DNA of 64,000 bases from Flavobacteriales bacterium (lineage in GTDB: Bacteria > Bacteroidota > Bacteroidia > UBA10329), in NCBI GenBank assembly GCA_021739695.1, contig JAIPBM010000008.1, positions 37,013 through 101,012 on the forward strand. Reading direction: 5' to 3'. Under the pieces are notes generated by a model. That model was not told the DNA's origin, ran no database searches, and worked only from the letters and a program-made list of their open reading frames with translations. A program made the translations under genes and the position numbers. Shown in pieces: positions 1-9,497 of this stretch. Position 1 is the stretch's first letter, and every line of letters starts with the position of its first letter.

Positions 1-2133
1 AACCAGCATGGAATCTCCCGTGCTTTCCAATCGGTATGAGGTTCCATTTTGAAGAAACTCAAGTAATTCGACATTGAAAAACAACCTGATTGCGGTTTCA
101 TCTTCTCCTTTCAATCTGAACTTATTCGAGAATTTCCTGAAGTCCTTGAAGTCAATGTCGTCATAGCCGGCCAATGCAGCAACGCGATCGAAAATGTGCT
201 CTTTTTCGAGTGTGAAAAGTGGCATTTTCCTGTTTACCGAAATCACAGCCACAGTTGCTTGTCTATCCACCTTCACTTGAAATTCTCCTTCGTGAAAATC
301 GACATCTTGAACTACAATGTCATAATCGGTAGCTGTTCCAATAAGCCGATTGTAAACCCTGTCGACCGTTCGGAACCTGAAGAGGTGAAATTTTTCGAAG
401 GACAATACGTAGCGAATTACTGCAAGCTCAAATTTCCAGTTAAGTGTGTTTGCGAGTGCCTGTAATTTTTTCTGCCTAGAAGTAAGCGTCACATTTGCAG
501 GCCTTGGCACTTTTGAATCACCTTTGAACCGCACCGAAAGCGGATGAGCTGTTGACGTTCGGTGATTATCCATCCCAATTATCTCAAAATGACCTCCTCT
601 TCTGATGTGACTTTCCTCAAACTCGGCCAAATGCTCGAGAACAGTATGGTCAATGAACTCGGTAAGTGAAAGATCAAGGTTGATGGTAGAATCACTTGGT
701 ATCACGTCAAGTGCCTTTTTCAATCTCGAATAATTGAGGAAGTTGCTGTAGCCGCGAACACTGACGTGAAACGTGTTTTCATCGCCTTCTTCGTATGCTA
801 CCACATTTGGTCTAAAAAGAATGGTGAACAACTTCATTACAGACCGCAGCCTGATGATATGAATGACGATTGTAATGGCAACTCCAGCGGCAATTCCAAT
901 AATGAGGTCGAAGGTGAGCGTGATCAATAATGTGGTAAAGAATATCAGTACTTGATCCCAACCTATGCGATACACATTTCTGATCTCTGACGGATTGAGG
1001 AGCTTGTATCCGGTCTGAATCAATATTCCTGCAAGCGCTGCCAACGGGATGTGTTTCAATTGAGAACCGAGCAACACAACCAATAATAGAATGAGGATTG
1101 CTTGAAACACATCCACCAATTGCGTTTTTCCGTTGTGTGTTACAGCAACGGAACTGGGAACGATACCAGGAATAACGGGCATGCCTCCAAGCATTCCACT
1201 GATGGATGTGCCAATTCCAACTGCCCGAAGTTCCTTGTTCACATTGGTTTTCCGCTTCAACGGATCCAATCTATCGATGGCCCGTGCGCTTAAGATCCCC
1301 TCAATACTCGTTACCAGCACAATGGCCAAAACAATGTTCCAAAAGTGAGCGGTTTGCCATAAACCGAAGTCGGGCATCACTATAGATTCGGACAATTCTG
1401 ATGGAAGTGCAATGAGTTGCTTGCTTCCAAATTCGTAAGTGTGCTGGAAAATGGTGTATTGGCCGCCTTCTGCAAATTCAAGCGCGTATGAATAAGCAAT
1501 GGATATCAGAATGACCCAAACAGCCGCTGGCAAGGCCTTGATAACTGGAGATTCAATCTTAGGATGTACGAACATTATGAGCACAGAGATGATACCGATG
1601 AACATGACAATCGGGTTCACTCCTCCGATCAGGCCTTTCATTTCCTGTACGAGTTGAATCAAGCTTGCGGCATGGGTTTCGGCTCCAAGCAATGCTGGTA
1701 TCTGTTTAACAATAATGATAACACCAACAGATGCCAACAGACTTTTGATGACGGTGGCAGGAATCAGGTCTCCGATCACGCCCATTCGAAGTATTCCTAA
1801 AATGAACTGAATGAGCCCAGCAACAACCACAGCCGACAGAAAGAAGCGATATCCAAGAAAAACATCATCTCCACCAAAAGATAATACAGCGGCAGCCGTT
1901 ACCCCGATCAGCATTTTTGGCGTGCTATGCAGCGCTATGCTTCCGCCACTGAACCACGAAATGAACAGCCCTCCAACAACACTAGGAATAACCGCTGACA
2001 AAGGAGGAACACCTGATGCCAAGCCGATCCCCAACCCTAAGGGAATAGCAATGAACGCTACGCTGATGGACGCACGCAGGTCACCTTTCCACGACTGTTT
2101 CCAGCCTTTGAAGCCGTTGGAGAACAGTTTCAT
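1..2133 (-). CDS. SulP/SLC26 family inorganic anion transporter with STAS-like domain and long C-terminal extension (3' end runs off the window)
   Basis: Not in the ORF track because no stop lies in the window. Manual translation from ATG at 2133: MKLFSNGFKGWKQSWKGDLRASISVAFIAIPLGLGIGLASGVPP... then many TM segments, SIEGILSARAIDRLDP..NKELRAVG, IPLAALAGILI and STAS-like LDLSLTEFIDHTVLEHL. The ATG overlaps the USP stop (ATGA). Confidence 0.88.
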   Translation of the reverse strand, partial: MKLFSNGFKGWKQSWKGDLRASISVAFIAIPLGLGIGLASGVPPLSAVIPSVVGGLFISWFSGGSIALHSTPKMLIGVTAAAVLSFGGDDVFLGYRFFLSAVVVAGLIQFILGILRMGVIGDLIPATVIKSLLASVGVIIIVKQIPALLGAETHAASLIQLVQEMKGLIGGVNPIVMFIGIISVLIMFVHPKIESPVIKALPAAVWVILISIAYSYALEFAEGGQYTIFQHTYEFGSKQLIALPSELSESIVMPDFGLWQTAHFWNIVLAIVLVTSIEGILSARAIDRLDPLKRKTNVNKELRAVGIGTSISGMLGGMPVIPGIVPSSVAVTHNGKTQLVDVFQAILILLLVVLLGSQLKHIPLAALAGILIQTGYKLLNPSEIRNVYRIGWDQVLIFFTTLLITLTFDLIIGIAAGVAITIVIHIIRLRSVMKLFTILFRPNVVAYEEGDENTFHVSVRGYSNFLNYSRLKKALDVIPSDSTINLDLSLTEFIDHTVLEHLAEFEESHIRRGGHFEIIGMDNHRTSTAHPLSVRFKGDSKVPRPANVTLTSRQKKLQALANTLNWKFELAVIRYVLSFEKFHLFRFRTVDRVYNRLIGTATDYDIVVQDVDFHEGEFQVKVDRQATVAVISVNRKMPLFTLEKEHIFDRVAALAGYDDIDFKDFRKFSNKFRLKGEDETAIRLFFNVELLEFLQNGTSYRLESTGDSMLV

Positions 2134-2999
2134 GCAACCGAATTGGCAGTCTGGTTAACGATCATGAGACAGCAAGGCAGATCAGACAAAACAAATTCGA
2201 GATCGTGCGGAAACACACGGTCCATGATTCCCAATTTGGAATCAGGCGAATTCATTACCAAAAGGTCAGCACGATTTGCCGCAGCAAAATGACCAATGGT
2301 GTAACCCGCTTTTCCAAAAATGCACTTATGATCTACCGGAACCGCTCCTTCTGCACTCAACTGCTTCTCCAGATCAGCCATTCGCTCATCTTCGCGTTGC
2401 TTCAGTTCTTTTCGTTTCAAGGCTGTTTCAGCCAATTCAAGATCATCGTCTACTGCCTCCCCTCCCATTTTCGGGTCAATCTGATCAATGATGGTGATGT
2501 GCTCAGCCCCCAAAGTCTTCCCAATATAATTGGCCGTGCGAATGGTAGCTTCCGTCTTACTGTGATTATCGCCAGAAACAACAATTTCTCTGCATTTGTT
2601 TCTGATCACAGATCTATCAGTAAGAAGAAGAATGGAGCATTGTGCCTTGCGGCAAAGCTTGCGCGCAATGGAGCCTGTGTAGAACTTGAGCAAGTTCTCT
2701 CTTTTCATGGCACCTGCAATCAAGAGGTCAACCGAATTATCTGTGCACGAAGCAAGAATATTTGCTGCCGGATCACCCTCACGAAACTCCACTTTCACCC
2801 TACTTCTATCAATTTCCGCCTGCGAGATCAGCAATTCCAAACGCTCAACTTTTTCATCCGTCTTTCTGCCTACATGAATAAGCACAAGGTTTGCATCGAG
2901 CATTTTTGCGATCCGTGCACTCTCATGCAAATTTGCTTCGGCATATGGCGAAAAGGCAATGGCGGTGGCGATGGTCTTAAACGGAAACGGTACGGACAT
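2130..2999 (-). CDS. Universal stress protein (tandem USP domains)
   Basis: FKTIATAIAFS..LVLIHV..GDPAANIL..DLLIAG..GSIARKL..CSILL; second domain GKAGYTI..ADLLVM..LPCCLMIV. Confidence 0.88.
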   Translation of the reverse strand: MSVPFPFKTIATAIAFSPYAEANLHESARIAKMLDANLVLIHVGRKTDEKVERLELLISQAEIDRSRVKVEFREGDPAANILASCTDNSVDLLIAGAMKRENLLKFYTGSIARKLCRKAQCSILLLTDRSVIRNKCREIVVSGDNHSKTEATIRTANYIGKTLGAEHITIIDQIDPKMGGEAVDDDLELAETALKRKELKQREDERMADLEKQLSAEGAVPVDHKCIFGKAGYTIGHFAAANRADLLVMNSPDSKLGIMDRVFPHDLEFVLSDLPCCLMIVNQTANSVA

Positions 3000-3118
3000 T
3001 TGAATGTTTTTTGATGCTTACAATATACAATGTCGAGGGGAAGAAGTCTAGAACCTTCAGCCACAACATGATCGTGATCAAAAAAAAAGAGAGCCAAAGC
3101 TCTCTTTTTGTCATTGTG

Positions 3119-3556
3119 CTATTTATTCATTGGCGGCTCAGCCGGTTCGCCCGTTGGAGCAAAATCAATGTGTTGAGGCTGTCCATCCTTAAAGTATCCT
3201 TCATACACCGCATTGGTCATAAGGTCGCCAGGCAGGCTCCAATGGAAATGCCCACGGCCATTCATCTTGCCAGCTTTCCATTCGCCAATGTATTTGTCTC
3301 CGTTGTTGTAGGTGTATGTTCCTCTTCCTTCCATTTGCCCATCTTTCCAAGCACCCTTGTACACATCTCCGCTGGTAAATTCATAAACGCCATAACCAAA
3401 TGGGAGTCCTTTTTTCCACTGACCTTTGTATTGGTCACCATTTTCAAACAGGTAAGTTCCATTGCCTTCATAGCAATTCCCTTCTGTACACTGGGCATTT
3501 ACGGTAGAAACGAATCCGATTCCAACAAATAAGAACAACGCGATTTTCTTGAGCAT
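3119..3556 (-). CDS. Secreted MORN-repeat protein
   Basis: Signal peptide (..VNAQ); repeated YxGxWKxGxxxGxGxYxxxxG units. Confidence 0.88.
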   Translation of the reverse strand: MLKKIALFLFVGIGFVSTVNAQCTEGNCYEGNGTYLFENGDQYKGQWKKGLPFGYGVYEFTSGDVYKGAWKDGQMEGRGTYTYNNGDKYIGEWKAGKMNGRGHFHWSLPGDLMTNAVYEGYFKDGQPQHIDFAPTGEPAEPPMNK

Positions 3557-3674
3557 TTGGGCAAGTGTTAGCTTAGTTTTTCATCCTCCTAAGAAGATGG
3601 TTACAAGATTAAGGATTTTTTGAGATTAGAACATCCTAGCCCTATTCATCTTTTACCTCAGTTACGAAAAGTAA

Positions 3675-3682
3675 TACATTTG
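3675..3682 (+). promoter_or_regulatory. Bacteroidota -7 promoter element (TACATTTG) upstream of tRNA-Pro
   Basis: Exact TAnnTTTG match 11 nt before the tRNA. Confidence 0.65.
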
Positions 3683-3693
3683 CGACAATCGTT

Positions 3694-3768
3694 CGGGGTG
3701 TAGCTTAGCCCGGTTAAAGTGCGCGTCTGGGGGGCGCGAGAGCGGTGGTTCGAATCCACTCACCCCGA
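3694..3768 (+). tRNA. tRNA-Pro(GGG), CCA not encoded
   Basis: Acceptor stem CGGGGTG/CACCCCG, D-arm GCTT..AAGT, anticodon arm CGCGT-CT GGG GG-GCGCG, T-arm GGTGG-TTCGAAT-CCACT. Confidence 0.95.
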
Positions 3769-3771
3769 CAC

Positions 3772-3799
3772 AAAAAAAGGCAGCCAACGGCTGCCTTTC
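3772..3799. terminator. Bidirectional intrinsic terminator between the tRNA and the dsrE-like gene
   Basis: AAAAAAAGGCAGCC-AAC-GGCTGCCTTT hairpin between convergent genes. Confidence 0.75.
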
Positions 3800-3820
3800 T
3801 ACTTTATCGTTTTTGATAGA

Positions 3821-4306
3821 TCAGATAAACATGAGATGCGAACCTTTGCCTGCGGCTCGTTCATAGAATCCGCCAACGGTAAGCACGCCATCTATATCAT
3901 CATACAGGTCTTTCTTCTCAAGATGGAACATATCCATGGCCAATTTACAGGCCCACATTTTACAACCTGAGGCAGAAAGAAGCTCTAAGAATTCGTCAAC
4001 TGGAGGAATGTCGAGTTTTTCCATTTCCTTCTTCATCATGTTGGTGGCCAAGGCTTCCATTCCTGGCATTCCGCCTAAGATGGTAGGAATGTGCATGGCC
4101 GGATTACCGACCGTTGCCACATGCAGGTCATTGAGCTTCTTCTTGTTTATGGCTTCCAACCCGAAGAAGGTGAAGAAAATCTCCGCTTCAATTCCTTCCA
4201 TTCTTGCTCCATTTGCAAGAATGAAACATGCATAAACATTCTCTATGGTTGCTTTGGAAAGTATGAGAAGCAGTTTCCTTACCGGGGCATCTGTTGTTTC
4301 AGTCAT
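3821..4306 (-). CDS. DsrE/DsrF/DrsH-like (DsrE2-type) sulfur-transfer protein
   Basis: IFFTFFGL..I.K, M.K...P...E.L..., ACKLAMDMF conserved Cys; operon with the TusE- and SQR-like genes. Confidence 0.85.
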   Translation of the reverse strand: MTETTDAPVRKLLLILSKATIENVYACFILANGARMEGIEAEIFFTFFGLEAINKKKLNDLHVATVGNPAMHIPTILGGMPGMEALATNMMKKEMEKLDIPPVDEFLELLSASGCKMWACKLAMDMFHLEKKDLYDDIDGVLTVGGFYERAAGKGSHLMFI

Positions 4307-4323
4307 TAGTTCTTGAGTTTAGA

Positions 4324-4629
4324 TTAAATACATCCGACCGGTTTCGGAATGCCTGCTATTTTAGCTGCCTTCTTCAACGGTCCATTTGGAAACAATTCAT
4401 AGAATTCCTTGATGTCTGTGATACCACTTTTGCCAACTTTCCTGATTGTCAGAGGATTTTCATTTCTGTATTGTTCTTGAAGCCATGAAATGACCTCCCA
4501 ACTTTTATCGTTGAGGTTCACTTCCTCATTCTTTGCAATTTCCAAAGCAATTTCTTTGGTCCACTGATTCAGGTCGGTCAAATACCCTTCCTGGTTTACG
4601 TTTACTTCTACTCCTGCAATTGTTGCCAT
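4324..4629 (-). CDS. tusE: TusE/DsrC family sulfur relay protein (single C-terminal Cys)
   Basis: EGYL.D..QW..EIA..IA..E, YELFP.GP.K.A.KIAGIPKPVGCI. Confidence 0.88.
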   Translation of the reverse strand: MATIAGVEVNVNQEGYLTDLNQWTKEIALEIAKNEEVNLNDKSWEVISWLQEQYRNENPLTIRKVGKSGITDIKEFYELFPNGPLKKAAKIAGIPKPVGCI

Positions 4630-4650
4630 GCTGATGGTGTTTTTGAATGT

Positions 4651-5898
4651 TTATCCGTGATTGATCATTTCTAAATGTTTACCTGCTTCGCTCATGGTTG
4701 CTGGTACAAATGGAATAGGCGTTCCTTTAAGCAGCATGTTCCAATAAACCCATCGAAAAGCGAGTTTACCCATGTGATTCATGCGTGTTTCCTTCAGAAG
4801 CTTCAGCGGTCCAAGATTGCCTAAGGGAAAAGAACCTTCCACTGGTTCATGCGTGTAGTTGAAATCAATCAGCAACGCCTTTCCATGTCCTGTTTCAATA
4901 AAGCAGTTTGCATGTCCATCAAATTCTTCTCTCATCTCTTCGCCATTTATGTAACGAACGATGTTTTCCACAAGAACTTCGGATTCGAAATGCGCTACGG
5001 AACCAGCCTTTGAAGCGGGTAGGTCGGTAGCATCCCCAATAACGAATATGTTCTCAGCAAACTTGCTTTGCAGCGTAGCTCTATCGGTTGGTATAAAATT
5101 CAGATCATCTCCAAAACCAGAGCGTTCAACCATTTCATCGCCCATGTTTGTTGGAATGGTGACCAACAGATCGTAAGCTACTTCCTTTCCTCCGAAATCG
5201 TAGATTTTTCGCTCGCCTCCTTCAACACGTTCAATGGCAAAATCGGCTACTATGTTGATGTTCTTTTCGTTCAAAAGGTAGCTGAGTTTATCAGAAGCTA
5301 CCTGTTTTGTGAATGCTCCGCTAAGTGGAGTGACAAATGTGATATCCACCTTATCCCGCATCCCTTTTTCTTCGAAGAATGCATCTGCCAAAAAGGTAAA
5401 TTCAAGGGGAGCAACTGGACACTTTATCGGCATTTCGCATATGTGAATAACCAGCTTTCCGCCTTCCCAATTCATGAATTTCTCGCGCAATGCGCACGCT
5501 CCTTTGAAAGTGTAGAAATCGAATATTTCGTTTTGCCACGTATCACACAACATCCCTTCAATTTCCTGCGGAGCAATGTGTGATCCTGTGGCAATTACGA
5601 GTATATCGTAGTTCAACACTTCGCCATTCTGAAGCAAAACCTGGTTGGATTCAGGCATTACCTTATTAATCTTTTCCACCACGTGTTTTGCCTTTTTGGG
5701 AAGAAAATCATCCATTGGCTTAATCACATCATTAGGCTGATAAATATCAAAGGGTAGAAAAAGAAATCCTGGTTGATAATAGTGGGTCAACTCCTGATCG
5801 ACCACTGTCAATTCCCATTCGGCAGGAAGCTTTTTGGCCAAATGATTGGCCATCATCGTTCCCGCTGTTCCTCCACCAAGTATTACTGCCTGCTTCAT
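4651..5898 (-). CDS. sqr: Sulfide:quinone oxidoreductase-like FAD-dependent oxidoreductase (probably type III)
   Basis: VILGGGTAG, HYYQPGFLF, IKCPVAPLEF, IFVIGDATD..SKAGSVAH, HANCFIETG. Start placed at MKQAVIL (5898). Confidence 0.82.
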   Translation of the reverse strand: MKQAVILGGGTAGTMMANHLAKKLPAEWELTVVDQELTHYYQPGFLFLPFDIYQPNDVIKPMDDFLPKKAKHVVEKINKVMPESNQVLLQNGEVLNYDILVIATGSHIAPQEIEGMLCDTWQNEIFDFYTFKGACALREKFMNWEGGKLVIHICEMPIKCPVAPLEFTFLADAFFEEKGMRDKVDITFVTPLSGAFTKQVASDKLSYLLNEKNINIVADFAIERVEGGERKIYDFGGKEVAYDLLVTIPTNMGDEMVERSGFGDDLNFIPTDRATLQSKFAENIFVIGDATDLPASKAGSVAHFESEVLVENIVRYINGEEMREEFDGHANCFIETGHGKALLIDFNYTHEPVEGSFPLGNLGPLKLLKETRMNHMGKLAFRWVYWNMLLKGTPIPFVPATMSEAGKHLEMINHG

Positions 5899-6069
5899 TC
5901 TTTCCTGATTGTAAATCCGAGTCAAAAAAAGCACCGCATGTCGCTTTCATTCCTGATTTCGATTACCTAAAGACCTGAGTATTGTCAGATTTAACCAACT
6001 CAGTAGTATCATGATGTTGATATGCCATTTTTATAGTTAAAAACAACAACATTTCTACTCTTAGTGGGT

Positions 6070-6077
6070 TACATTTG
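6070..6077 (+). promoter_or_regulatory. -7 promoter element (TACATTTG) for the TonB-dependent receptor
   Basis: Exact TAnnTTTG match about 46 nt before ATG 6124. Confidence 0.55.
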
Positions 6078-6123
6078 CACCGCCAAAATCAATATTGACA
6101 TTACTTCCATTCCTTCAACGACA

Positions 6124-8520
6124 ATGAGCTTGAAAATCAAGCATTTCACAGCCCTTTTAACCCTTATTTTTCAGTTCGGATTCCTTCAGGCCCAGCAGAA
6201 ATACACGATCAGTGGAACCATAACTGACGCAAACAATGGCGAGACAATGATCGCCACCAATGTGTTTGTAGAACCGCTGATGAAAGGTGCTACCACCAAT
6301 CTTTACGGTTTTTATTCGCTGACCGTACCCGAAGGGAATTACACCTTGAAGGTTTCGTTTCTGGGCTACGAAACGTTTTCGCAGGAAATCAAACTTGATA
6401 AAGATCTCGAGTTCAACATCGAGATGAAGGAGTCTAGCTACACCAAGGAAGAAGTTGTTGTTACTGGCGAAAAGAAGGACGAGAACACGAAGAGCAGCAA
6501 AATGAGCACGGTGGAAATCCCTATCCAACAGGTAAAGGAACTGCCAGCGCTCTTGGGCGAAGTTGATATCATTAAAGTCATCCAACTAATGCCAGGCGTT
6601 CAGTCTGGTTCTGAAGGAAACGCTGGACTTTACGTGCGTGGCGGTGGCCCAGACCAGAATTTGGTTCTGTTAGATGAAGCAGTGGTTTACAATGCTTCTC
6701 ACCTATTCGGTTTCCTATCCGTTTTCAACGCAGATGCCATCAAAGGAATTGAGCTCATTAAAGGTGGCATGCCAGCAAAATATGGCGGTCGTTTGGCTTC
6801 AGTGCTTGACATAAGCATGAAGGACGGGAACAACAAGAAATTTGAAGTGGATGGTGGAATCGGCATCATCAACTCAAGACTTACACTTCAGGGACCGATT
6901 GTAAAAGACAAAGGCTCGTTCATTGTTTCTGGCCGTTTTGCCTATGCCGGACTTCTAGGTGGTGCGATTGCCAATGCTGCAACGAAGGATAATACCAACG
7001 GAGGAGGTTTCTTTGCTGGTGCTTCGTACTACTTTTTCGACCTCAACGGAAAGATGAGTTATAACCTTGGGTCAAAAGACCGCTTATTTCTTAGCGGTTA
7101 TTTCGGTCGCGATGTTTTTGGATTTAAGAGTCAGGATGGTTTTAGCGCCAACATAGGTTGGGGAAATGGAACAGCTTCGTTACGATGGAATCACATTTTC
7201 ACCCCTAAGCTTTTCATGAACAGTTCGTTGATCTTCAGCGACTACAAATTTGAGTTTGGTGCAGGGCAGCAGGAATTCAATCTTACGTTGCAATCTGGCA
7301 TTCGCGATTATAACCTGAAGCTCGATCTGAGTTGGTTACCAGATGTTCGACACAACGTCCAATTTGGTGGAAACTATATTTACCACACCTTCACGCCCAG
7401 CAGCGTTTCTGCCAGAACCGGAGATACTGAACTCGACCTTGGTGGAATTATCAGATACCATGCACACGAAGCGGCCATTTACATCCAGGACGATTGGGAT
7501 ATTTCGGATCGGTTTAAAGTAAATGTGGGAATCCGCGGTTCGCTATTTGCACACACTGGCCCATTTGACCGCTACATCCTGAACGAAGTTGGCCAGGTGG
7601 TAGATACAGTGAAATACAAAGTAGGTCAGAACATCAAAACCTATGCTTTTGCAGAACCACGCGTTTCTGGCAGAGTGATGTTGGGGAAGCATAATTCCAT
7701 CAAGGCATCCTACACAATGAATTACCAATACATTCACCTGGCAAGTTTGGCCTCCATTAGCTTTCCTACCGATCTTTGGATGCCTAGCACAGATAGGGTA
7801 AAGCCCCAAGAAGGCCATCAATGGGCCCTCGGTTATTTTCACAATTTCTTAGACAACAAACTAGAAGTGAGTGTTGAGGGCTACTATAAAACCATGAAAA
7901 ACCTTATTGAGTATAAGGATGGATTCAGTCCTGATCAGAATATCAACAATAACCCAGACAACAACTTCGTATTCGGCAAAGGAAACTCTTACGGAGCTGA
8001 GTTCTTTATCAGAAAAAATGGCAAGAAATTCAATGGCTGGATAGGTTACACGCTTGCTTGGACAAATCGGAAATTCGAAGCATTGAATAACGGAAACTGG
8101 TTTCCAGCCACATACGATAGGCGACACGACCTATCTATTGTGGGTTCTTACAGGATCAATGAAAGATGGTCGGTCTCCGCTGTCTTCGTGTATGGAACAG
8201 GGAGTGCCATTACTGTACCCTCTTCGCGCTATTTCATCAATGGAAACATAGTGACCGAATATGGTGACCGCAACTCTTATCGGATGCCTGATTATCACCG
8301 ATTGGACATTGGTGCTACACTTCATCCGAATCCTAAAAAGAACAAGCGCTTCAAATCCACTTGGAATTTTGGAATTTACAACGTCTACAGCAGACAGAAT
8401 CCGTATTTCATCTACTTCGCCACAAAGGTGAATGAAGAAGACCAAACAGTAAAAATTGAAGCGAGGCAAGTGTCCATATTCCCGATTCTTCCGAGTGTAA
8501 CCTGGAACTTCAAATTCTAA
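6124..8520 (+). CDS. TonB-dependent receptor with N-terminal carboxypeptidase-regulatory-like domain
   Basis: Signal peptide, TISGTITDA..GE, plug LPALLGEVD..MPGV..VRGGGPDQNLVLLD, YGGRLASVLDI, C-terminal WNFKF. Confidence 0.93.
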   Translation: MSLKIKHFTALLTLIFQFGFLQAQQKYTISGTITDANNGETMIATNVFVEPLMKGATTNLYGFYSLTVPEGNYTLKVSFLGYETFSQEIKLDKDLEFNIEMKESSYTKEEVVVTGEKKDENTKSSKMSTVEIPIQQVKELPALLGEVDIIKVIQLMPGVQSGSEGNAGLYVRGGGPDQNLVLLDEAVVYNASHLFGFLSVFNADAIKGIELIKGGMPAKYGGRLASVLDISMKDGNNKKFEVDGGIGIINSRLTLQGPIVKDKGSFIVSGRFAYAGLLGGAIANAATKDNTNGGGFFAGASYYFFDLNGKMSYNLGSKDRLFLSGYFGRDVFGFKSQDGFSANIGWGNGTASLRWNHIFTPKLFMNSSLIFSDYKFEFGAGQQEFNLTLQSGIRDYNLKLDLSWLPDVRHNVQFGGNYIYHTFTPSSVSARTGDTELDLGGIIRYHAHEAAIYIQDDWDISDRFKVNVGIRGSLFAHTGPFDRYILNEVGQVVDTVKYKVGQNIKTYAFAEPRVSGRVMLGKHNSIKASYTMNYQYIHLASLASISFPTDLWMPSTDRVKPQEGHQWALGYFHNFLDNKLEVSVEGYYKTMKNLIEYKDGFSPDQNINNNPDNNFVFGKGNSYGAEFFIRKNGKKFNGWIGYTLAWTNRKFEALNNGNWFPATYDRRHDLSIVGSYRINERWSVSAVFVYGTGSAITVPSSRYFINGNIVTEYGDRNSYRMPDYHRLDIGATLHPNPKKNKRFKSTWNFGIYNVYSRQNPYFIYFATKVNEEDQTVKIEARQVSIFPILPSVTWNFKF

Positions 8521-8524
8521 AGAA

Positions 8525-9457
8525 ATGCTTAGATATTCAGCTTCCGTAATAATTGTGCTTCTAACTATCGTGGGTTTCTCTTCCTGTGAAAAAGTGTTGG
8601 ATATTGAACTTCCAAATGGCGTGAATGGAATCGTATTTGAGGGATATATCGAAAACGGAACCTTTCCTTATGTGATTGTGAGCCGTAGCGAGAATTACTT
8701 CAGCGAGATCAACACAGCCGCAGAAGCCATTATCAATTCATTGGTTCAAGCAGATAGCATCTTCATCACTGCAGATGGCGTGCGATATGCAATGGATTAT
8801 ACCTGCCTTTCTGATCTGACTCCAGAACAACAACAATTGGCGTTGGATTTTCTGGGTTTCCCAGCACTTCCTGAAGGCCTTGATCTTTGTATTTATCTAA
8901 AATTCAGCCTAATCGGTGAGTTTGGTAAAACTTACAAAATGACTGCCTATGTGGAGGGAAAAGAATACAATGCCGAAACAACCATCGGTCAACCAGTTCA
9001 CTTGGATAGCCTTTGGTACAAGGATGAATTACCGATTGATAGTTTCGGTTCAATCTGGTGCAGGCTTGCAGACCCTGCGGCCACAACAGATTTCTACTAC
9101 ATGTGGACCGAAAACCTCACACAAAAAAGACCAATGACCGCCATTGATGGACCAAGTTTTGCCGATCGATTGTTCAATGGTGAATCCATCGATTTTAACT
9201 TTTACCAAGGTTCCAACTTGGCCAACGACAATGGTTCTGAGGAAGAATATTGGTGGTTTAGAGAAGGAGACACCGTGGTAATAAAATTAGGTACCATTGA
9301 TAGAGGCGTGTATAATTTTTGGGAATCTGTGGATGCGGCATCCAACCTGAATCCGTTCAGCAGTCCAACTCCTGTGTTCTCCAACTTCGATAATGGTGGA
9401 CGAGGCGTTTGGGCAGGTTATGCCACAGCAGTAGACACATTCATTTGCGTTAAATAG
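8525..9457 (+). CDS. DUF4249-like lipoprotein partner of the TonB-dependent receptor
   Basis: Lipobox FSSC-EK, VFEGYIE, F.DRLFNG, GDTVVIKL..ID...YNFW, PTPVFSN..G.GVWAGY; directly downstream of the receptor. Confidence 0.8.
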   Translation: MLRYSASVIIVLLTIVGFSSCEKVLDIELPNGVNGIVFEGYIENGTFPYVIVSRSENYFSEINTAAEAIINSLVQADSIFITADGVRYAMDYTCLSDLTPEQQQLALDFLGFPALPEGLDLCIYLKFSLIGEFGKTYKMTAYVEGKEYNAETTIGQPVHLDSLWYKDELPIDSFGSIWCRLADPAATTDFYYMWTENLTQKRPMTAIDGPSFADRLFNGESIDFNFYQGSNLANDNGSEEEYWWFREGDTVVIKLGTIDRGVYNFWESVDAASNLNPFSSPTPVFSNFDNGGRGVWAGYATAVDTFICVK

Positions 9458-9497
9458 AAGTAAAACATCGACAAGTGTCGAGATAAATAAAATAGAA

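Noticed and set aside
196-3532. Plus-strand ORFs (for example 2205-3014, 1811-2158, 3011-3532)
   Set aside because: Antisense to the well-supported SulP, USP and MORN genes.
4324-4629. DsrC of dissimilatory sulfite reduction
   Set aside because: It lacks the second conserved Cys, and no dsrAB/dsrMK genes are present.
3694-6060. tRNA-Pro as an integration site for the sqr module
   Set aside because: No integrase, and I saw no duplicated tRNA 3' end; composition is not obviously different.
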